NCBI GenBank assembly: GCA_040218735.1 | Contig: JAVJQW010000057.1 | Coordinates: forward strand, 480,001-544,000 | Length of the DNA: 64,000 nucleotides | DNA from: Deltaproteobacteria bacterium | Lineage (GTDB): Bacteria > Myxococcota > Kuafuiibacteriia > Kuafuiibacteriales > Kuafuiibacteriaceae | Direction of reading: 5' to 3' | Position numbers and translations under genes: made by a program | The notes under the pieces: generated by a model | Told to the model about the DNA's origin: nothing | The model's input: only the letters and a program-made list of their open reading frames with translations | Databases searched by the model: none | Shown: positions 56,984 to 64,000 of the stretch, in pieces | Numbering within the stretch: position 1 is the first letter of the stretch | How the letters are laid out: each line of letters starts with the position of its first letter

Positions 56984-57322
56984 CTAGTAACGATCGCGGT
57001 CGCGACCGCGGCCACCGCCGCCGCCGCCGTAGCCGCCGCGACCACCGCCGCCGCCGCCACCGCCGCCGCCACGGCGATCCTGCGCCTCGTTCACGCGCAG
57101 CGAACGGCCGCCGAGCGGCTGGCCGTCGAGCGCCTCGATCGCGGACTGCGCGTCCGCATCGGAAGCCATCGTCACGAAGCCGAAGCCTCGCGGGCGTCCT
57201 GTCTCGCGATCCATGATGATCGCGACCTCCTTCACATCACGGCCGTCGGCCCCAAAGTGATCCCGAAGCTCCTCTTCGGTCGTGTTGTAGTTCAGGTTGC
57301 CCACGTAGAGCTTGTTTCCCAT
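56984..57322 (-). CDS. RRM (RNP-1) RNA-binding protein with Gly-rich tail
   Basis: KLYVGNL (RNP2), RGFGFVTM (RNP1), LRVNEA, GGG tail. Confidence 0.95.
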   Translation of the reverse strand: MGNKLYVGNLNYNTTEEELRDHFGADGRDVKEVAIIMDRETGRPRGFGFVTMASDADAQSAIEALDGQPLGGRSLRVNEAQDRRGGGGGGGGGGRGGYGGGGGGRGRDRDRY

Positions 57323-57505
57323 CTCTTCGAATCCTCAATACCGGACGGCGATTTCAGTCGCACCGATGCGACCGTTCGCTTCACCGTCCATCTTCTCTTT
57401 TTCGTTCAGGCTCCCGCGCGCCGCCGGTCGTCTGGAAATCTCTCTCTCATCGGTCTCGGACTGCAGGGCTGGCGCCCCTTTGCGCGATCGTGAACCCAGG
57501 GAAAT

Positions 57506-58474
57506 CTACACCCGGGGTGGCAGGGACCTGTCAAGCGCGGACGTCTCGCGGCGACGCTCCGAGGCGAACCAGTCCTTCGTCCGAACCCGGTCGGACCAGG
57601 GCGTCCCGGGGAGCCGCCCGTCGGCCTGGAACTCCGTCAGCCGGGCGTCCTTCTCGACGAACCGATCGAAGACCCAGGTCGAAAGCTCCGCCTCGTCCGA
57701 CGGCATCGCGTCGATCGGGTAGCGCTCCACGTGCACGTCGATGCGGCGCACCTTCGCGGCGAAGCAATCGGGGAGATCAGGCGTGAAATCCGGGTACGCG
57801 ATCGTGATGTCGTAGACGGCATCCAGGTGATCGCGCAGGCCGGTCATCGTCGCGACGAAGCCCTTCGTCCGGGGCACCAACGTGTGCGCCGGGACGTGGT
57901 GTCCGCGCTCCCCGGCGAACGCCTGGGCCTGCGCGAGCTTGCTGGGGGTGAGCCGTGTGCCCTCCAGGAATGAGACGAGGAACAGCGGGATGTCGTCGCG
58001 GCGGTACTTCGCGAACAGGCGCTCGATGTTCGAACGGTCCTTCATCCAGTCGCGCTTCACGTAGACGCAGTCGAGGAACTTCATCCCCCACCCCACGCCC
58101 GGTACCCACTTCACGACGTCCTTCACGAAGAACTTCATGTCGCCGAGGCGACCGCACCGCCACGCGAAGCAGAGCAGCACCATCACGTCGGTCATCGTCT
58201 GGTGGTTGGGGATGAGCAGCGCGTTCTCGCGCTTGGGGATGGGGGCGCCCGTGAAGCGGATCTCGATGCCGTTCATCTGCTCCGCCATCAGGACCCACAT
58301 CCCCCAGATGGATCGTGCGCACCACCGATTGATCGCGCGGCAGAGCCGTCGCGAGAACGGATAGACGAGCGCGCTCGCCATCTGAATCGGGTTGAGGATG
58401 AAGATCAGGTAGGCAAACGAGAGCGCACCGGCCGACAGACCGAGGAACCGCCTGATCGGACCCGGCCCTTCCAC
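57506..58474 (-). CDS. Lysophospholipid acyltransferase (PlsC superfamily, YihG/AGPAT-like)
   Basis: NHQTMTD, KWVPGVGWG, FLEGTR, PRTKGF, VYDITIAY. Confidence 0.9.
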   Translation of the reverse strand: MEGPGPIRRFLGLSAGALSFAYLIFILNPIQMASALVYPFSRRLCRAINRWCARSIWGMWVLMAEQMNGIEIRFTGAPIPKRENALLIPNHQTMTDVMVLLCFAWRCGRLGDMKFFVKDVVKWVPGVGWGMKFLDCVYVKRDWMKDRSNIERLFAKYRRDDIPLFLVSFLEGTRLTPSKLAQAQAFAGERGHHVPAHTLVPRTKGFVATMTGLRDHLDAVYDITIAYPDFTPDLPDCFAAKVRRIDVHVERYPIDAMPSDEAELSTWVFDRFVEKDARLTEFQADGRLPGTPWSDRVRTKDWFASERRRETSALDRSLPPRV

Positions 58475-58517
58475 CGGTCCGTCCTAACAGAACGGGCGCG
58501 CGTGTGGAAACGGCGGA

Positions 58518-59315
58518 TCAGACGACGGTGCCGGGTGGCAGCTCGCGTTGGGGCGCGGCGTCGGCGCCTTCGACGTCGCCGAGGCCGACGAGGTCCACCG
58601 AGTCCAGCTCGATGGTGATGGAGATCTGCTCGTCCTCGAAAGACTCGAGCGCGGCGAGCTCGGAGTCGTCGACGGAGACCAGCACCGACAGTCCAACGAA
58701 GTCGACCGCCGCGTGTTGCTGTCGCACCCGTCCGGGGAGCGAGAGGGTCCGCGCGGTCGTCGGGTGCACGAGCGTCACCCACACATCCCGGCCGAGCCCG
58801 ATCCGAACGTCGGTCCGAATCATCAGCTCGTCCTGGTTGCGGATGAACGCGCAGACGGCCTCGACGGACGTCGAAGAGTCGAGGAGGACACGAAGCTCCG
58901 CGGGGCCCGCGTCGAGGATCTTGGGCTCGGGCGGCGGCGCTCGCTTCGGCGTCTCGATCGGCTTCTCGGTCACGGCGAACGGCGTCCGGCCGGATCTCAG
59001 ATCGACGATGAACCGATCCCACTCGTGGCGGGTGGCGGGATCCAGCCCGAACAGCTGAATGCCCACGGCGTGATCTCCGCCGTCGCGCTCGACGATGTGC
59101 ACCGCCATCGCGGTCAGGCGGAGCGGCTCCTGGAGGTTCGGGAGCTCGACCTCGAGGCGCAGGAGCTTGCGGGCCGTCGGCGGGCTGCGTGTCGACACGA
59201 GGAGCCCGTCGAAGCTGACGTTGCGGACCAGCGCAGGCGTAGCACGACGCCCCTCGAGCACGATGATCGGTAACTCGACGGCGTAGCGATGATGTCGACG
59301 ATGCTCGGCGCTCAT
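58518..59315 (-). CDS. PilZ domain protein
   Basis: RRHHR (RxxxR) and NVSFDG (NxSxxG); possible second degenerate PilZ-like domain; ATG 59315. Confidence 0.82.
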   Translation of the reverse strand: MSAEHRRHHRYAVELPIIVLEGRRATPALVRNVSFDGLLVSTRSPPTARKLLRLEVELPNLQEPLRLTAMAVHIVERDGGDHAVGIQLFGLDPATRHEWDRFIVDLRSGRTPFAVTEKPIETPKRAPPPEPKILDAGPAELRVLLDSSTSVEAVCAFIRNQDELMIRTDVRIGLGRDVWVTLVHPTTARTLSLPGRVRQQHAAVDFVGLSVLVSVDDSELAALESFEDEQISITIELDSVDLVGLGDVEGADAAPQRELPPGTVV

Positions 59316-59482
59316 AGCCCAACCCTGCTCATCGGGCGATGCACACCTCTCCTGGAGCCACGGGTGCCCGGGTCGTGACGGGTGATCCGGATCGAGACAA
59401 TCCCGGCCCTGCGATCCCCTTCGAACCGGCGATCGCGCCACGCAGAACCCTTTGCTTTCCCTCGGGCGCCGGTCGGGGTTGA

Positions 59483-61201
59483 ATGTATGCGGCGGTGTCG
59501 GTCGACCAGGAAATGCGAGCCCTGTCGCGCGACGTCGCGTCGGCCCTGGGCGCGTTCACGCGGGTTGCGCGTACTCGGCCACTCTACAGCGTCCGCAACA
59601 AGGTCGTGGACGGCCTGATGAAGATCCTCGTGGAGGCCTTCGACGGACTCTTCCGCATGGTTCCCGAGGTGTCGCTCGTCGTGCGACCCGACGCGTTCCT
59701 CTTCAACGACGACCGTGTACTGGAAGAAGACGACGTCGATGCGTCCATCCCGTTCCTCTTCTACCGTGACGGAGTCCGCCGGATCGACTTCATGCGCGGC
59801 CTCGAAGAACGCGAGCTGGAGGTCCTGCTCGACGCCACCGCAAAGGGCTTCACGTACCGCGGCATGGAGGACGACCTCGTGTCGTTCCTCTGGCACCAAG
59901 ACCTCCGCCACATCCGCTACCTGACCGTCGACGTCGCGGTCGTCGACGCGCCGACCGCGGACATCGACCTCGACGCGCAGATCGACGCCCTCCTCTACGC
60001 GATCTACGGCGACACCGACGACGACGTCGGTCCACGCTCCATCCACCTCGACAGCTCCGACATCTCTGCCAAGTCGATCGCGGACGGGCTGGGGTCCGTC
60101 GACGAGATGGCGCCCGGCTTTCACCCCAGACGCACGTTTGTCTCGGCCCCGGCGTACGGGAAGAGCTACGTCGAAGAGCTCGAGACCCACGACCCCGAAG
60201 CGCTCCGGATCGAAGCCACCCGCGCAGGCCTCGAAGCGTTCTCCGCGGACATCGACAGCCAGGACGCCGTGCTCGCCGGCATCGCCCTGTTGCGCCTCTT
60301 CGACGGCGCAGTGGTGAGCCAAGATCTCGAGGGGATGCGCCAGATCATCGAAGGCGTCCGCGCGGCCGAGCCCGCCCCGCGCGCGCAGACCTGGCTGACG
60401 GAGGCGCTCTCCGAAGCGCGCGTCCGCTCGATCATCACGACCGTGCAGTCCCGTCCCGAGACCGAGGACGACGTGCGCAAGCTCTTCGAGCGCGCCGGAG
60501 AGGCGGTCGTCCCCAGCGTCATCGCGGCGCTCCCGTTGCTCCCCGATCCGCAGGTCCGCCGACGCTTCTCGGACCTCGTCATCGCGTTGGGCATCAAGGA
60601 CCGCGACCACGTCCACCAGCTCCTCCAGAACGACCAGGCCTTCGTCGCACGCGAGGCGCTCTACTTGCTCTCCCACGTCGGCCACCTCGACGACATGCAC
60701 GCGGTGCGGCAGGTGCAGGTCCACCCCAAACCGCAGGTTCGGCTCGCGTTGCTCGACATGATCAACCGGATGCCGCTCGACGTCGCGGAGGCGGTGGCGA
60801 TCGATCTCCTCGACGACAAAGAAGCGCGCGTGCGCGTCGCGGCCGCGGAGGCGCTCGTCGAGCTGGGTAGCAACCGCGCGCAGCTCGCGGTCGCCAACAT
60901 CGTCCAACGGACCGACTTCGCGAGCGAGCCGCAGTCCGTGAAGGCCGCGTTCCTCCGCGCGTACGTTCGACTACAGCGCGCCGGCTCGATGTACGTCATC
61001 TCCCAGATGATCGACGCCGCCGACCGGCGCCTCGTTACGAAGGGGACGGAAGATCTCGCGCTCGCCGCCGTCCAGGCGCTCGCCGCGAACCCGAACCAGC
61101 AGACCGTCGATCGCCTCAAGGACGCGTGCCTCTCCAAGAACAAGGGCGTTCGGGAGATGGCCAAGGGCTACCTCAAGCAGATGAAGTCGGAGCGGAGCTG
61201 A
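59483..61201 (+). CDS. HEAT-repeat protein
   Basis: FLFYRDGVRRIDF N-domain; HEAT-like units DPQVRR, KPQVRL, DKEARVRVAAAEAL. Confidence 0.82.
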   Translation: MYAAVSVDQEMRALSRDVASALGAFTRVARTRPLYSVRNKVVDGLMKILVEAFDGLFRMVPEVSLVVRPDAFLFNDDRVLEEDDVDASIPFLFYRDGVRRIDFMRGLEERELEVLLDATAKGFTYRGMEDDLVSFLWHQDLRHIRYLTVDVAVVDAPTADIDLDAQIDALLYAIYGDTDDDVGPRSIHLDSSDISAKSIADGLGSVDEMAPGFHPRRTFVSAPAYGKSYVEELETHDPEALRIEATRAGLEAFSADIDSQDAVLAGIALLRLFDGAVVSQDLEGMRQIIEGVRAAEPAPRAQTWLTEALSEARVRSIITTVQSRPETEDDVRKLFERAGEAVVPSVIAALPLLPDPQVRRRFSDLVIALGIKDRDHVHQLLQNDQAFVAREALYLLSHVGHLDDMHAVRQVQVHPKPQVRLALLDMINRMPLDVAEAVAIDLLDDKEARVRVAAAEALVELGSNRAQLAVANIVQRTDFASEPQSVKAAFLRAYVRLQRAGSMYVISQMIDAADRRLVTKGTEDLALAAVQALAANPNQQTVDRLKDACLSKNKGVREMAKGYLKQMKSERS

Positions 61202-62688
61202 TGCAGCTGTCGGACGGCCCTGCGGTCCCGACCGTCAGCGACAAGGTCGCGGAGAGCTCACGCTCGTTCCTGCTCGGGCTCTTCATGAGCCTGCGCACCT
61301 CACAGATCCACGACACGTCGAACAAGGCGTTCGAGAAAGCGCTGCTCGCGGTGCACGAGACCGCGACGACACTCTTCAAGGCGACCGGTGGGTTCCGGAT
61401 TCAGTTCGTCGACGAGTCGGTGTTCGTGAACGGCGCGCGCATCCGCCTCGAGCGCTCGGCGTTCACGTCGGTGCGCGCGCTGAAGGCCTACCTCGAGGAG
61501 CAGGACATCGGCGGCATCTCGATGACCGGGCCGCCGAGCTACGACGCGATCAAGCGCCTCGTCCTCGGCCTCGCTTCGCGCGACCACGAAGAACGCATCA
61601 CGGCGCTCGGCGACGCCGACCTGGAGCTGCTCGGGCTGCAGGCGATGGCCGACGAGGTCGACCACGAGGTGCGCGTCGACCGCCGCATCCTCGCGGTGCA
61701 GTCGTACGGCAAGCTCGTCCTCGCGATGCGCGAGCAGCTCGAGCACGCGGAGCGCGGGAGCACCGACCTCCCGAAGTGCCGCATCCGCGCGGTGCGCGTC
61801 ATCCAGGACATCGTGGAGCTGGTGAACGAACGCGCCGACTTCATCCTGCGCCTCGCGACCAACCAGCGCGGGACGGAGCTCGAGGAGCTTCACGGCGTGA
61901 ACGTCGCGCTGCTGTCGATCGCGATGGGCGCCGCGCTCGGACTCCCCCGCCGCGAGCTGGTCGACCTCGGCATCACCGCGATGTTCCATCACATCGCCGT
62001 GCGGCGGCACCGCTACGACGGGCGCCTCCGCCTCGGTCGCGACGTCACGCTCGGCTCGATCGGCCACTTGATGTTCCAGTCCGGCGGGAGCGACGCGGCG
62101 TATCACCGCACCGTCATGCTCGCGCAACATCGGCAACGCGACCGCGACCTCACCGGCGTACGCAAGACGCGGCCGATCCTCGGCGCGCGCATCCTCGGCG
62201 TCGCCACGGTGTACGACCAGCTGCTCGGCGGCTTCGGTACGCGCGACGAGGTCCCCGCCCACCCGCTCGAAGTCCTTCGTGTGCTCTACCTGGACGAGAC
62301 GGGGCGCTTCGATCCGAACCTCGTCGACCTGATGATCAACCTCATGCGCGCGTACCCGGTCGGCTGCGAGGTGGTGCTCTCCGACGGCCAGCACGCGGTG
62401 GTCGAGTCGCACCTCGGCAGCTCACGGTGGGACCGCCCGGTCGTCAAAGTCGTCGGCACACACGACGTCGTCGACCTCATGCGCAAGAGCGACGAGCGCT
62501 TCGAACGCAACATCCGCGGCACGCCGCTCTACTGCGGCAAGATCGCCCGCGGGACGAAGCCCGACGCACCGTCGGGGTACGACGACGCGCTGCCGGAGCC
62601 GGAGAAGATCGCGACACCACAACCCGCGGCGGCGACGCGCGCGTCGCTCGACCAGATGCTCCAGGACTTCCTGGTCGATCCCGACTGA
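61201..62688 (+). CDS. Degenerate HD-GYP-like protein
   Basis: HGVNVALLS..LG, MFHHIA (HD changed to HH), ARILGVATVYD, FDPNLV, YPVG; no GYP; TGATG coupling to HEAT gene. Confidence 0.8.
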   Translation: MQLSDGPAVPTVSDKVAESSRSFLLGLFMSLRTSQIHDTSNKAFEKALLAVHETATTLFKATGGFRIQFVDESVFVNGARIRLERSAFTSVRALKAYLEEQDIGGISMTGPPSYDAIKRLVLGLASRDHEERITALGDADLELLGLQAMADEVDHEVRVDRRILAVQSYGKLVLAMREQLEHAERGSTDLPKCRIRAVRVIQDIVELVNERADFILRLATNQRGTELEELHGVNVALLSIAMGAALGLPRRELVDLGITAMFHHIAVRRHRYDGRLRLGRDVTLGSIGHLMFQSGGSDAAYHRTVMLAQHRQRDRDLTGVRKTRPILGARILGVATVYDQLLGGFGTRDEVPAHPLEVLRVLYLDETGRFDPNLVDLMINLMRAYPVGCEVVLSDGQHAVVESHLGSSRWDRPVVKVVGTHDVVDLMRKSDERFERNIRGTPLYCGKIARGTKPDAPSGYDDALPEPEKIATPQPAAATRASLDQMLQDFLVDPD

Positions 62689-62775
62689 GCTCGCGGCTAC
62701 GCCATAACGCAGCGCCGCTCCGCGGCCCTGCTTGGCACAGCCGTCGGACCGACCGCCTTCGCGCTCGGCCTCCGG

Positions 62776-64000
<1,225 letters not shown>

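Noticed and set aside
57010-57075. GCC/GGC trinucleotide run
   Set aside because: Encodes the ordinary Gly-rich tail of the RRM protein
57503-57534. TTGACA...TAGATT promoter for the RRM gene
   Set aside because: Spacer is 20 nt, too long for sigma70, and it overlaps the acyltransferase 3' end

Overview
High-GC bacterial DNA with a Myxococcota/Deltaproteobacteria-like gene repertoire (many lipoproteins, ECF sigma factors, CHAT, HEAT + HD-GYP, PilZ, choice-of-anchor D/vWA); the taxonomic call is an inference. The window holds an initiator tRNA-Met and housekeeping/metabolic genes (CoA-transferase, SCP2, HMG-CoA lyase, TDO, homoserine dehydrogenase, metF, a DUF4178-DUF350-speE operon, cysteine synthase family, thiD, RRM protein, acyltransferase). 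Two things stand out. (1) An accessory island at about 24.9-35.0 kb carries two paralogous ECF sigma / membrane anti-sigma pairs, an exported TPR-CHAT (caspase/separase-like) protease with intact His/Cys motifs, and secreted cargo genes. Three of its promoter regions share a GTAAG-N18-(C/A)GAA motif, and both anti-sigmas have an (E/D)xxR-G site just after the membrane helix. (2) A small gene at 44404-44766 is interrupted by an in-frame TGA followed 11 nt later by an fdhF-like SECIS hairpin, making it a candidate selenoprotein of unknown family. No CRISPR array, rRNA, integrase or transposase was seen. All product calls come from motif recognition by eye; no database searches were run.
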